64,000 nt of DNA from Octopus vulgaris (Eukaryota), in NCBI GenBank assembly GCA_951406725.2, contig OX597819.1, forward strand, positions 76,198,001-76,262,000, given 5' to 3'. Of the stretch, positions 28,101 through 42,775 are shown in pieces. The position numbers and the translations under genes were made by a program. The notes under the pieces were generated by a model. It searched no databases, had not been told where the DNA came from, and saw only the letters and a list, made by a program, of their open reading frames with translations. The stretch's first letter is position 1, and every line of letters begins with the position of its first letter.

Positions 28101-28777
28101 CTTCTCCGTTCATTGCTCCACCCATACCCCTACACGTCCACCACACACACACATCCCCCACATCCCCATGCCACAAACCACACCACACACCACCACACTG
28201 AATTAAAGCTAAATGGTAACATTTATCTCTTATCACAGAATTTTGTTAGAAAACAGAATACTATATTATTTGCCGTTATTTACTTGTACATGTAATTACG
28301 TTTATATTGTTTACGGGGCACAATCGGCTATTGCGACCTCCAGATCTGGAAGATCACGTGATTTCGTCCTTCCTTGAGCTTCTCAATGGCAGAGATCTGC
28401 CTAGACACAGCAGTCGAATTCTCCAGTCAGCAATATATAAGAATCTTAGCGTCTACATCACATCACACCTCCTCACACCACTTCACACATACTAGCACTG
28501 ACCACATCCTAACAACCGCACCAAACACCAACATCTGCACACCCGCATACCATCATCTACACACTCACACACCATGATCCACACAGCCACACATCACAGA
28601 CGCACACACTTACACACGCACATATCCGCATGTCAAAGTCACAAGCCCACTTCTTTCTACTTCTGTCAAACCTTGTTTTTCTCAACCAGTCGTCATGCTT
28701 GATCGCTATATCCACAAGTTTTTCTTTTATTCTCTGGTTATTTTCTCGAAAACAATTGCAGTGTAGAAGGTGTTTAT

Positions 28778-29026
28778 AAGCCATTTAAGAAACTCACAAA
28801 ATCGTTAGATTTACTTCAACATTTAAATTTAATTTGTCAAAATATTTCGTCGCTTTGAGCCCGCGACCTGTTCACTGACAAAACTTCGTGCTACATCTTC
28901 GTGCAGATGCAGCACGAAGTTGTGTCAGTGAACAGGTCGCGGTGTCAAAGCGACGAAAATATTTTGACAAATTAAATTTAAATGTTGAAGTGAATCTAAC
29001 GGTTTTGTGAGTTTCTTAAATGGCTT
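28778..29026. repeat. Fold-back palindrome with about 121-bp arms and a 6-nt spacer; each arm carries a hammerhead motif
   Basis: 28778-28898 is the reverse complement of 28905-29026 with few mismatches. Confidence 0.95.
28923..28969 (+). ncRNA. Minimal type I hammerhead motif, G3-C8 variant
   Basis: It reads uguca GUGAACA g gucgc-ggugucaaa-gcgac GAA AAUAUU U ugaca, with a 5-bp stem I, a 5-bp stem II and a palindromic stem III. A mirror copy on the minus strand at about 28833-28882 is one A shorter. Confidence 0.7.
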
Positions 29027-29041
29027 CCACGCTGCTGTTGT

Positions 29042-29132
<91 letters not shown>

Positions 29133-29133
<1 letters not shown>

Positions 29134-29772
29134 GTTGTCACTAAATTGGTGGAGGATGCTAGTAAGCATCAGCATTGCTAGAAATAGGAGTCAAAACAAC
29201 TCATAGCCACGTGAGAGCACTTTTCTAACGGCTGACAAGATGGAGTTATTTCAGCACTGATTTCAGATATAATCACTCTTCATCCGTGACCAATTACTTT
29301 GTCGCCGATGGTTAAATAACCTAAGTCACCTTATCAGCGTTATACAGAATGCTGATGCTTACTAGCACCCTCTGTCACTTTAGTGACAACTGTATTTGTG
29401 GCCTATCGGTTTTAAATTCCCAATATCCACCTTAATATTTTATAATTCTCACTTCACCATTTTCGAAATTAGTCGATACTTCCAATGGTGTTCTCTAGAA
29501 GGCTGACAAGGTGACTTAGGCTCTCTAATCCCCGGCTATGGGGTGATGAGTCACTGACGAAGATTGATTAAATCTGAAATCAGCGCTGACATAACTCCAT
29601 CTCGCTTGTCTCCCGTATCAGCCGTTAGAAAAATGTTCTCACGTGGATAAGAGTTGTTTTTTACTCTTATTTCTAGCAATGCTGGAGCTTACTAGCGTCC
29701 TCTGTCACTTTAGTGACAATTGCACTTACTGCCTATCGGTTCTAAATTGCGAATAGCCACCTTCATAATTTA
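29133..29772. repeat. Complex inverted and direct repeat element with two hammerhead-like motifs
   Basis: About 29133-29340 is inverted relative to about 29500-29722, and about 29349-29440 is directly repeated at about 29678-29770. It is flanked by TA/TG microsatellites. Confidence 0.8.
29548..29597 (+). ncRNA. Hammerhead-like motif, non-canonical at position 16.1
   Basis: It reads gaguca CUGACGA agauu-gauua-aaucu GAAA ucagcgcuga CA uaacuc, with a palindromic stem III. A more degenerate mirror copy lies at 29243-29291 (-). Confidence 0.5.
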
Positions 29773-31898
29773 TGTGTGTGTGTGTGTGTATCGCATACAC
29801 ATAGGACAATACAAATAGACTATTTGAAGAAATGTTATTCATGTTTTGTACATATTTTACCGAGATACGTGCTGGTAAACAAGCTGTATTCAATACAACA
29901 TTCAGAGGCACATCGTCATGGAGGTACAAATAAAAAAAGAACTGAAATTCACCTAATATAAATTTATTAATACTCTTCCGTAAAATATCATGCCATGTGT
30001 GTCGCCGGCAAGTAGAAACCTCACAGAATCGAAACACGATCTATTTTTGTTTAGGAAAGTACTGCAAAGAATGATTGCAAGTAGTCGGAAGGTTTGATAT
30101 AATTTTGTCTTCAAGATAACTGAATCGCTTCGTTAAAGTATCTTATATTTCAGATATATAGAGCGCTTTTACAATATAAAAAGACAATGTTTTGTAGACT
30201 AAGAGAATACGGAGAAATTTCAGGTTATAAACATGAAAATAGCTATTCCTGGGTTTTCTCATTTAGATAAATTTGTATAATTTTCGTTTGAATCTCAACG
30301 GTGGGCACTGCAAAGATCCCCCACCCCCAAAAGCCATTTTACTACAGTAAAAGTTGTGTCGTGGTCAAATATACCATGAGATATACTATTTCTTTTTAGT
30401 TAGTGTATAAAACATTACATCATAATATAATCCTTAAATTTTTTTGTTTATAGGAACTCCTTCAGAGATTCCACTTATAGATTACATTCCGGTTGTAGTT
30501 AAGAATACACACACACACGCACGCACACACATATGTATATATACCTACGCACATACATTTATTCATACACATACACCCACACATTTAGATATATCGCAAA
30601 ATTTGACTGATACGTTCAATCAGATGTTGCTGTATAACACAAATTATATAACTATATTAAAATCATTGGAATCCGATTCGCAGAGCATAATATTTGAATA
30701 TGTTAGAAATATGAACCAATCCATTACCTAAAATGCATACTAAAATGTAGACAATTATAAGAAACATATGCTAATTGTGTATCTACTTCAGTAAATACAG
30801 AATTGGTTTTCATATGAAATACGAAATATCTAATGTATCGTCGAAATATTATCATGACGTTTCAGATATCACAAATGAAGCAAAACTAATTTGTTTCTTG
30901 TTTTACACTAGGTTTCGAATCTCACTGTTATTTGCTATCACGTTTGATTTATATTTCTCATTCTAACTGATTCGGTGTGTCGAGTAACATACACTGTTTT
31001 TATTTTATTTTATTTTTTTCTTATGTGTGTAAGAGATATAAGTCTCCTGATACTGTTGAAGATATTACTTGAGTACATTAGGTATACGTGATATGATATG
31101 ATATCGATATTTATAATTTTGCATGAGAAACAATGAAAAGCACATAGTTGTGGGTTCAATACATAATATGCTACCTCTCTTACGAGGGAGACACTGGCTT
31201 TCATATATTCCATGCACGCGTAAAATAAATACATTGAAATAGCCGAGTATTCGTGATCAGAGGTTTTCTAAAATAGTGGCTAATATATTTTGTTGAAATT
31301 TATGCAGGCAAGTAATACAGTGATGGGGTTAAGTTGATAAAATGAGAAAACTGAAGACGGAGAAGAGTGCAGGAAGATGGAGTGAAAGAAGAACGGGGGG
31401 AGAGAGAGATAGAGATAGATAGAGAGGGAGGATAAAGAGAGGGAGAGAGAGTGATGTTCCGGTTTTGCGCTATCGAAATTTGACATATAGATTACTCAAA
31501 ATATAAAAATCTGAAATAAAGAGTCACTCACATTAATTATGCAATGATTGCATATTCGTTGACATGCCCATACTCGTAAATAGATAAATGAGAGAAAGAG
31601 GCTGGAGTAAGAAGAGCTGAATCTAGGCTTTCTAGTTTGAAGAATTGGAGATTCATTGAGCTGCAGATAATTGCTTTGCGGACAAATCAATTATCCACAG
31701 CTGAATGCATCTTCATAATTTTTGTTCAGCTAATTTAGAAAACAAAACATTTTGGAAAACCTTTGAGAAATATTTGTAATGTTATTTTATTTCAATATTT
31801 CACTATCCATTTAATCGCTGTTGCGATGAAATAGAATACGATGCTTGGCGAAACTGTTCTGATAATGGATTGAATTAACATGATAAAACAAAAGCTAT

Positions 31899-31963
<65 letters not shown>

Positions 31964-32208
31964 AACACATGGTAAGTTGCGATATGGGTATTTTTCACAA
32001 CATAACATGTGGAAAGGTGTGCCTCTCAGTTGACAGGATTGGAAAGGCATGTCAAAAGAGCTCATACAATGGCACCTGCTTCTTCTGCCAGCATCCACAG
32101 CTGTGCATTACGCAATACAATGTGAAAATATTTGGCCAGGCTCAAGAGTCATACAAGGGCCTCATATATATATGTGTGTGTATATATATATAAATATATA
32201 TATATGTA

Positions 32209-32308
<100 letters not shown>

Positions 32309-32649
32309 TAGATAGATAGATATTGGTTATTTATGTATTGGTTTATGTCTATCACTGTTTGAGTTGCATAATAGAGGTTTTATCTCTAATTTATATATAT
32401 ATATATATGGTGAAAGCCGGTGTGTATCGGCTTCGTTGGATATATAAAAAGGAAATCCAAGGTTCGCTTTGCAGGCAACCAACCAGGACTCTGATCAGGT
32501 AATATACTACAAAAATGTATTGGGTCCAGAGATAAAATAGACCACTGACCATGAACTTTGAACGCCTAATGTAGTGAATATAAACAATGCGTAAGAGTGC
32601 ATTAAAAAACAAAAAGGGATTGTTCCTTGTGTACACTGTATAGAAAAGT

Positions 32650-33000
32650 TACCCAGTAAATCTGTTACCTGAGCTGAATCTGGGGTTCCCATGGTAATGT
32701 CGAAGTTGTTAGGGGTGTCTTTTCTTACCCAGCCTTTATTATCGAAACTTTATATCCTTCCTAGTTAATTGGGTACGAATATAAGAGCGCTATTTAGGAT
32801 CGTAGGATTAATAGATGAATAGTAATCTACTATGTCTATTTGTAGGAATTTGTAGTTTATCTTGTTTTTGATTCTGGAGAGCGAGTTCAGGGTTTCATAT
32901 GAGATGGACCATAGTTCTAGGGCTATCATATACTAATTGAGGTAATTACCAGGAGTTCCTTTGGATATATCTATCCCTTAGATGCTTTAAACACCTCTAA
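32650..33000 (-). mobile_element. Penelope-like RT fragment
   Basis: Minus-strand 'NFDITMGTPDSAQVTDLLG' matches the PLE FDxTMGS..GAE..ELVG motif. Confidence 0.6.
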
Positions 33001-33563
33001 CTTATGCACATATATATATATATATATCCTCTCCTCTCTTACCGTGACAGCTACTTACTCTATAATCCTACCCCTTCTCCCTTCATCTCCACGTCACCCC
33101 CACACATCCCACTCCCACATACGCTACCCCTACCCCCACATCGTCACCCCAAACCCACACCCTACCCTCAGTTGCCCACACCCTAACACCGCCACACCAC
33201 ACATCACTACACCACATCACACCTCTCTCACTCTAGTACTGAACACTTCCCAGCCCTCACGCCATCACCCACAGATTACAGACGCACACACTTACACACG
33301 CACACCTCCACACGTCAAAGTCACCATCCTCTATTCACAAACACACACACACATACACAAAAGCACACGCACCTTTGTTTTAAGATCATGAATATATTAT
33401 TATCTCCCCTTCTTCCTGGTTCTTCTGTCTAACTTTGTCCAGCCAGTCGCCATGATTGACCGCTAACTTTATAAGTTATTTTTTAATTCTCTTTCTGATT
33501 ATTTCATCGTGTTCCTTTTTGTTGAAGAGCGTAAAAGACTTTTTCACTTTCCCGAGCCCCAAA

Positions 33564-33606
<43 letters not shown>

Positions 33607-34865
33607 TTTCATACATACAAACATGTAAAATGTTATCTGTTTGGTATCTTCTGAATTTTCAGAATGCATCAGTTGGACATAGGGCAAGTGTTTCAAACTT
33701 GCTACATTTATGTATATACAGACTTTGCTTTTATTTTAGGATTCCGAACAATGACAGTTCACTACACTAACAGAAATTTATGTCATGCACACTCGACCTA
33801 GGGAGAACGCATCGAAAGGAATTAGCTACTGGAAGATGAATGCGTCGTTTCCGACGTGTAAATTTTACAGTGACAGGAAAAAAGCATTTCTGTAGGTAGT
33901 AATTAATGGAGGTCGTTATCAAGAAACTTTGGCGGAGCGCTCCTTAAGATAGTTATTTGCAGATATTCGAAAAGATTCATAGTATAAGCTACATACCAAA
34001 TAAAAAGGGGATAGAAGAGGCATCACGACCGACGTGCTACCACCACCATCATCATCATCACCCTTATCATTGTATAATTTTTGTATAATTTATGAGAAGG
34101 TTAATACGAAACAGCTGGGCCCTATGGAATTTACCGCATTCTGGTGATGGTTTAATAATATTACATGTTATCATGATGGATATTAGTTGTAGTACTGGTG
34201 GCTGTATGATAGTGTTAGCGGTGAGGGAAGTTACTGCAGCGGTAGTATTGGTAATGATTTCATGGAAGGTGTGATGGAGAAGATGTGATGATAGTGTTCT
34301 AAGGGCGATTATAACCGTGTTGAATATCATGGTGGTGGCGGTCGGCATTAAGTATATTTGATGGTACTGATAGGATTGGAAACAAAGTATGCGTAATATG
34401 ATAATAGTAGCAGTGTTAGTGGAGGATAGTTATAGTAGTAGAAGGAGGAGAGATATTGGTAGAATCCGATATGGCAGTGATTCAGATTGTGCACTCAGAA
34501 ATGATAATGATGAGAGAAGTGGTGATGGCGCTGTGATTAAGAGTTGTGGAAGGGTGCGTGGTAAGACTGACTAAATACGTCGTTTTTGCTCATGGCGCCA
34601 ATAGTGCAAATGGACGGAAATCTTTCAAGTGAGATTGAATTACCAGAACGTAAATGTTTCAAGACAGTTTGCACGTGACGTTCATTCATTGAAACACAAT
34701 GGATATTTGTCACGCTGTTGCATATGCATTGTTGGTATTAGTAACGAAACTGGTGGCGGAATTAAGTGATAAATGGAAAAAGCTGTAATGACTAGATGAT
34801 TGAAAGGAAAATAAATAAATAAATAAAACTGCATTGCTGTATATATCTTTTATCTTTTAGCATTT

Positions 34866-35225
34866 ATCTTTTACTTGTTTCAAACTGCGGCCACGCTGGG
34901 GCACCGCCTTCAGTAATATTAATCGAATGAATCGGCCTCAGTGTTCATTTTAAAAGCCTGTTCCTTATTCTATTGGTCGATTTTTCTCAAACCAATAATT
35001 TACAGGAACATAAAAAGACAAACAGCGGTTGTCAAGCAGTTTTTGGAAGCAAACACAGACTCAAGGATATAAACACATAGATATATATATATACAATGGG
35101 CTTCTTTTAATTTCCTCTACAAAATCCATCCACAAGGATTTAGTCGGCCCGAGGTTCCACGCAATGAGAGTGAATCCAGAACCGTGTGGTTGTGAAAGAA
35201 TCTTCTTACCACACAGCCACGCCTA
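34866..35225 (-). mobile_element. SINE family A, diverged and internally deleted
   Basis: The termini CTTTTACTTGTTTCA...GCACCGCC and CTTACCACACAGCCAC match family A. Confidence 0.75.
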
Positions 35226-36544
35226 ATTATTTGCTGTTTAGTAAAATGTTATTTGTTTTGTTAGAGTCGGTATATATTAGTGGTTCTTAATGTACAGTGA
35301 ATCTGAATTGTACAGATCAGCAATATTTAAGTACAGGAGTTCGCAACGCTCTTGTACCTTCTCATTGTGATTTCCATAATCTCGTTGAAGGTGACATCTT
35401 TTGTAGAGTTATTTGTTTCTGTATATGTGGTTTTATTTGCTTAGTTTATACATATTCATAGTTTTAATATATTAATAGATTTCTGTCGTTGAGTTACATG
35501 TAGAGAGGAAAGCCATCTAAACACAGCTTAATTTCTCATTAATAAAAGTCAAGCTAAAGTTGTTTCAGAAGATACACTCTTCTCATTTCCATTGTTATTT
35601 TCATAATCGGGAATATAACCAGCTTTTTTTTTATAGATCGCAAAGTGCAGATGCATTCAAATAAAGGTGGGAATTTTAATAGATATATTTTCAGGAGTGA
35701 GGCACTTAGAAAATCACCAGTCCTAAATTTATCCCAGACAACAGTGATAATAATGAAGCAGTTCCCAGTAGCTTGATAAATTGGCTTCCCTCTTTCTTCT
35801 TTCTTTCTTTCTCCCTCTTTTTCAAAGTGTTTTCACCTCTAATGCTGAATGGTGTGGGCAACATCATGCAGGCTGTTGACTCCTCAGCCATATATCGTCA
35901 TATCATTGATTCGTAATACACAATTTATTGTCAACTTTAAGGTACATGCTCTAAGACACGGGTTAGGGGCCGAAAGCTGCTCGGTGGGCCTGAATGCCGG
36001 ATGTGTAAAATGGAAATAAATCCAAAATACGTAGACGTGGTTGGGTGCATATTACTCAGGATCGAGCATATTTGTGTTGAATTTCAGAAACACTTCGCTC
36101 AACTATTTGAGGCGAATGGTAGAACAGAACTAAGGATGGATTTCAATGCCTCTTGACGACAAGGAAAGCCAAGCGTTGCAAAACGCCGATAACAGCCGCT
36201 GAAATATGGGATGCGATGATGAGCGAAAGCGGTGATATCGCCTCTTTTGGATGGTTTTCCGCACGAGCTTTATTTTATATGCCATACGTGTTTGGAGGTT
36301 TCTTAGCAGATGTCTACTGCACCTGACATATGAAATAAGGGGGATGATCTAGAAAATTTTAGGTAAGTAACCTTGTTAAAGGCAGATATCAAAACTTTGT
36401 CGAAATGTCAGCCACATTTATTCGTAACTAGCAAAGATACCTGACGTTGCTCGGGGATTAAAGTGGCATAGTTTTTTTTTAAAATTCTTTTACTTGTTTC
36501 AGTCATTTCACTGTGGCCATGCTAGATCACCGCCTTTAGTCGAA

Positions 36545-36960
36545 CAGAAAGGAAGAAAGAAAGATTAGAAAGAAAGAGGGAGAGAGGGAGAAAGAAAGAG
36601 GTGATGAGAAAGAAAGAAAGAAAGAGGAAAGGATGTGGGAGGGAGAAAGAGGAAGGGAGAGAGAAAGAGAGAGGAAGAAAGGAAGAAAGAAAAAAGAAAG
36701 AAGGAAAGATCTTTATAAGTAAATAAAGAAAGAAAGAAAGGAGAAAGAAAGTGGGATGGAGAAAGAATGAAGGAAAGAAAGAAAGAAAGAAAGTTGGAAG
36801 GAAGGAAGGAAGGAAGGAAGGAAGGAAGGAAAGGAAGAAAGGAGGCAGAAAGGAAAGAAAGAAGGACGGAAGGCATGCAAGATAGAAAGAAAGGAAGAGG
36901 GAGAAAGAAAGAAAAATGAATGAAAAAAAGAAAGTAGGAGAAAGAAGGCAAGAAAGAAGA
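36545..36960. repeat. Polypurine (GAAA/GGAA)n low-complexity tract, preceded by a SINE A 3' fragment at 36485-36545
   Basis: Directly visible. Confidence 0.9.
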
Positions 36961-38089
36961 CATAGACACAAAGAGAGGAACTATTACAGTGGGTGGGATA
37001 AAATATGTAAGCAAGAGAAATAGAAAATGAGAAAAAAGAGAGAATCGGTTGAAAACTGTAGAAATGCATGCGTATTACACACACAGAAACACACACCGAT
37101 ATCTATTGTTTATAGATTTATAGATGCTTAATAACAAGTCACTGTGGGAGAATCTTTGTGGTCGCCCAATCTTCTAAAATAATATTCTAATGATCATCAG
37201 ACCACACCATCGTGTCTTAATAAGAGTGAAACACTTTAGATATAAAGTCGTTCTAGATGCACCGTGCCTGGTAATAATACTGAAAGTTTACGCCTGGAAA
37301 GAAGTCGTTTGATCATAAGTAATCAGCATACGACAATATAAGAACAATATCAACTACAATAAACAACATCAACAGCAACAACAGTAATAAAAAGATCAAC
37401 AACAAAAAAACAATAATAAGAACCATAACCTTCGAACTATCGAGAGAACCTCAACGCAATTGTTCGACATGCTAAAAGTTGAAACCAAACTCAATCCATT
37501 TTGCTTCGGCCATCTTAAAAGAGGAAGTCATGTATCAGAAAATGTGGTACTAGATATACTAAAAGATGAGACGGTTATGGCTGGAATGCTTTTTTTTTTT
37601 TGTAACAAAGGGTTAAACAACTGCAACAAAATAAAATTTTCAAAGATATTTGAGAACAGATGACATAATACAAGAATAGATTTTATAGATTGTCCCAAGT
37701 AACTCGCCGTGTTTCTTTTCAAGAGAGTAGATTGTGTTGGAGATTTGGTTACTATTTTCAACAGGTCGAAAATAAAGGCGTAGAAACTGTCATGCTTAAT
37801 TTGAGTACGATAGTTTCAAACTTTTGAATCATGCTCAATACATTCATGACGAAAGGGAAATTGTACTTCTCACTCATAAAGAGACGGAAGCGGCGAGCAG
37901 GCGGAGTCGTTAGACCATCGGGACAATTGGTTTTCTCCTGCACTTTACATTCTGAATTCGAATCCAACCGATATTCGCTTGCATCACTCCGGAGTGGTAA
38001 ATAAATTACCAGTCAAAGACTGAGGTCGAAAGAAAGCCGAAACATTTTGTTTGGCACATTGTTTCACACCATTTTGCATGAAGACACAC

Positions 38090-38153
<64 letters not shown>

Positions 38154-38204
38154 TTCGGTACATAGACACAAATTAATACTACGTCTCTCTCTTTATCTAT
38201 CTTC

Positions 38205-38280
<76 letters not shown>

Positions 38281-38292
38281 ATATATATATAT

Positions 38293-39139
38293 GTTAGTTA
38301 GTTAGTTAGTTAATTTGGCTCAAAAGCAAATAGCAAGGCCATGTAGGGGGACATGGAGTTAAGTACAGGGTGGTGTTCATGTAAAGAGTTCAGGCCACTT
38401 GAGGTCCAGGGAGGCTTTGAACAAAGCGGTCGTCGGCATCTTCACCATCTCGTCTGGCAGCTTGTTCCACGGATCCGCAACCCGGACGGAGAAAGCTCCT
38501 CTCCTTCGATTGAGATGAAATCGTCGCAGGTAGAGCTTTTCGGAATGACCCCGCAGCCGACGCTCTGGAGCAGGAGTGAAGAACAGTTCTTTCGAGAGGT
38601 TACACTTCCCGCTTATGATGTTGTGGGCGAGAATGAGATCACCACGGCGGCGGCGTTTTTCAAGAGAACAAAGGTCGAGCGTCCTCAGCCTTTCTTCGTA
38701 GGACAAATTTTTGAGACCATGAACCATGCGGGTAGCCAGCCTCTGGACTCTTTCGAGGTGCTGTATGTCTTTGAGGAGATAAGGAGAAGAGGCTTGAATC
38801 CCATACTCCAATATGGGTCTCACCAGCGTGACATAGAGTGGCAGGAATATGGCTGCTGTGAGCATTCCGAATGACCGTCGAATCAAAAACAGAATTCCGC
38901 GCGCTTTGTTGGCAGCATGGACGCACTGGGCCGAAGGCGAAAAGGAGGAATCCACCAAGATACCCAGGTCCTTTACCTGATCGGTCCTCTCCAGCAGCAG
39001 ACGACCCGGCTCGAAATCAAGTTGAGTTGCAGGAGGAGAGCCGACAGGCAGATGACAGCACTTCGACACGTTCAGACACAGGTCCCAATCGTTAGACCAC
39101 TTCCAAATTTGGTGGAGGCATCGACGAAGATCCTCTATA
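38293..39139 (-). mobile_element. CR1-clade LINE, 5'-truncated, open reading frame retained
   Basis: ORF 38377-39189 gives about 250 uninterrupted LINE residues ('LNVSKC', 'KDLGILVD', 'LVRPILEYG', 'RRRRGDLI'). It has a (TAAC)n tail and is closely similar to 4861-5705. Confidence 0.93.
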
Positions 39140-39147
39140 CTACACAC

Positions 39148-39181
<34 letters not shown>

Positions 39182-39204
39182 ATACACATTTATATATGTG
39201 TGTA

Positions 39205-39275
<71 letters not shown>

Positions 39276-39993
39276 TGTGTGTATCTAAATGTGTGTATAC
39301 GAATATATGTAGACGAATTTCTGTACAGTTTCTAGCTATCACATTTGTCTCACAAGACATCGAACAGTCGGCGAGTGCAGTAGAAAGGAAGAGGGAGAAA
39401 GATTACCGCGCTGTGGGTATGAGTTTGGAGCCATGTGCTTTCAAAATTATCACTTTTCGAACAAACATGCACAATTATAAAGCGGTGGGTTTTCGTTCGT
39501 GGACAGATTTGAGCGCTGTTTCCATTTGGCGAGCGACTACGATACAGATGACGTGGTAAGCGTAGGAGAGATTTCAATTTAACGGGATGGGAACCAAATA
39601 TATTCATTGCACGACATGTGTTAACTGATGACGTTAAACGAGTGTTGTTACGTTGTAACCATTGTAAACAATACGACTCATTAAATATTCATAACCACAT
39701 TTCCAGCTTTAATTACATCATTCTATACAGTATCATTTATGTGTTCTTTTTTTTTCTGCGCAGTTTTAAAATGACTAGTGTTATTACTGATAGTAGAAAT
39801 GAATTTCATTTCAGCATATATAATTTATGTAAATGACGTAACCACAATGCATATATGGGGAAAGTAATGTCCTTATTCGAAAATAAACAAAAATCTTCAG
39901 TGCTTTCATACAAGCACACCCGCTTCCATACACGTGCACAAATTTCTACATATATTTAAAAAGCGCTCACACACACATGGATAATATATATAT

Positions 39994-40220
39994 GTTTTTT
40001 ATTAACCACAAGGGGGTAAACATAGATGGGACAAACAAGGACAGACAAACGGATTAAGTCGATTACATCGACCCCAGTGCGTAACTGGTACTTAATTTAT
40101 CGACCCCGAACGGATGAAAAGCAAAGTCGACCTCGGCGAAATTTGAACTCAGAACGTAACGGCAGACGAAATACGGCTACGCATTTCGCCCAGCGTGCTA
40201 ACGATTCTGCCAGCTCGCCT
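39994..40220 (-). mobile_element. SINE family B, full length
   Basis: It is highly similar to 27601-27832. Confidence 0.9.
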
Positions 40221-40236
40221 TATATAAATATATATA

Positions 40237-40630
40237 TTCTTTCACTTGTTTCAGTCATTTGACTGCGGCCATACTGGAGCACCGCCTTTAGTCGAGCAAA
40301 TCGACCCCGGGACTTATTCTTTGTAAGCCCAGTACTTATTCTATCGGTCTCTTTTGCCGAACCGCTAAGTGACGGGGACGTAAACACACCAGCATCGGTT
40401 GACAAGCATTGCTAGGGAGACAAACACAAACATATACACACACGTACATTTATATATACATATATACGACAGGCTTATTTCAGTTTCCGTCTACCAAATT
40501 CACTCACAAGGCATTGGTCGGTCCGAGGCTATAGCAGAAGACACTTGCCCAAGATGCGACGCAGTGGGACTGAACCCAGAACCATGTGGTTAGTAAGCAA
40601 GCTACTTACCACACAGCCACTCCTGCGCCT
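40237..40630 (-). mobile_element. SINE family A, full length
   Basis: It is the reverse complement of the 376-760 family. Confidence 0.9.
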
Positions 40631-40965
40631 ATATATATATATATATATATCACAAGTAATTTGGTTTTTTGACACAATACTGATTTTACTCCGGTAAACA
40701 AATGCATGCATGCATACACTCACCCACACATACGTACGCACGCATACACACATACGTTCACACACAGACACGCACATACACACATACATACACAAACATA
40801 CACACATACACACACACACACGCAAACATACACACGTGGCTGAGGTGCGCTTGAGAACCACGTAGTGTTGAGTTAGTTCGAACTACGCTGCACATTGGGC
40901 TACTGTACCATCGAGTAAACAAGTGCATTTCAAGTGATTTTTGTAAACTGTGGAAATTCCGTGTC

Positions 40966-41055
<90 letters not shown>

Positions 41056-42587
41056 CATCTGTCTATTTGTCTGTGTGTCTATTTGTCTATCAAAAATATT
41101 AAAAGAAAACAATATTTATAGTAACAGGATACTAGGTGTTGCCTAGGAAAATGACAAGTTAGTGGCCTATTGCTTGAAAAATAAAACAATCAGAATTAAT
41201 CTGTATAAATACATAATTTGAAATATTATTTTCATTCAATAATAGAAAGACATGTTTCAAAACGCCATTACATCTGTTGAAGCAAAGATGAACAATTTCC
41301 AGGGACGAATTTCATGATAAACCAATATACTTAAGCTTTTCTTTCCCACCTGAGCATTGAACCTAGGATTGTTCTGGTTGCTAACAATTGTCCGTCAGTG
41401 CAGTATGATTTCCAAACATCTGACTTCGGTATTTATAGGTTGAAATTACGTATAGTTAGACAGCAGGTATTGCAGGATGTGGAGTTAATTGAACTGAATA
41501 ATTTATCAAGACGTACAAAATGCATAGGTGTAAAACGTTTATAGAGCGAAATGTTTAGTAATCTGATGTCATTACATTGAAATCTTTAGAAAATACGAAA
41601 TCTTCACACAGAAAGGATTATACAATAGGATAAAAACTCATTTGGAAAATATGTAGAAAATAATAATCTATAATAGTATTTTAACGAAATACAAAAGAAG
41701 CAAAGCTATTAAGAATTCAAAATTTTCTATACACATATGTATTCACACGGAAAGAAAACTCTGCTCCTGAGAAATATATCGGAAGTCTTTTGTTTCTAAC
41801 GTTATTTTAAATAATACACCTAAAACTACATCTTCGAGAAATTTTATCCAATTTTTTTTACATGACAAAAAGCTACATGTGCCATTAGTTATTTAATTGT
41901 TATTTAATGAATAAACGCGCACATGTTGTTGCGTGTATGTGTGTGTATGTGCATGTGCGCGACGTGTGTGTGTGTGTATGTGTGTGTGTGGTTGTGTTTG
42001 TGTTTAAGTAAGTATGTTTGTTGCTTGTATGTTTAGAGTGATCATACGTGTGTATTTGAATGTACTAACAATTATAGAACCTCACACCCATATCCTTACA
42101 CGCACTCTTCTCCCCTATTCCTCTCACATCACTTCTTTCATACATCCGCACCCACTTTCGCCTTAATCCACGCTTTTCCCAGACACTTATCGATAAAAAA
42201 TACACCAACCCCACCACAACCAATAAAACACGCAACTATATTTCCGTACCTGCACACTTCTTCGTACATATATACAAACACCAGAAAACCACATACGCAA
42301 AAATGCCATTTACGTCAGCTTAATACACGGATACAACCATAATCGTGCACCACCTCGCACCTTCTTCTTTTCTTAGCTTCCCCACCAATCTCCCAAGGCC
42401 CCTAATCTTTCGCCCGTTCTTTCTTAACAACTTTAGTCTTTCACTCTCCTTTTCTTTTCTTCTACTGTTTCAGCATTATGACGAATTAGCGTCCGAAACT
42501 TTAAGACACTTTCGCTTCCGTTTTAAGCGTGCAACTAATGCAGTATTTCTTGTCCCTGCTGAGTTGTCTTTTTCTTTGCCTTCGCAA

Positions 42588-42660
<73 letters not shown>

Positions 42661-42723
42661 CATGTATATAATATATATGTGTGTGTATGTGTGTATGTAT
42701 GTACACACACACACAAACACACA

Positions 42724-42775
<52 letters not shown>

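Noticed and set aside
31500-31720. Possible minus-strand exon ending in a GTGAGT donor
   Set aside because: There is no convincing frame, acceptor or partner exon.
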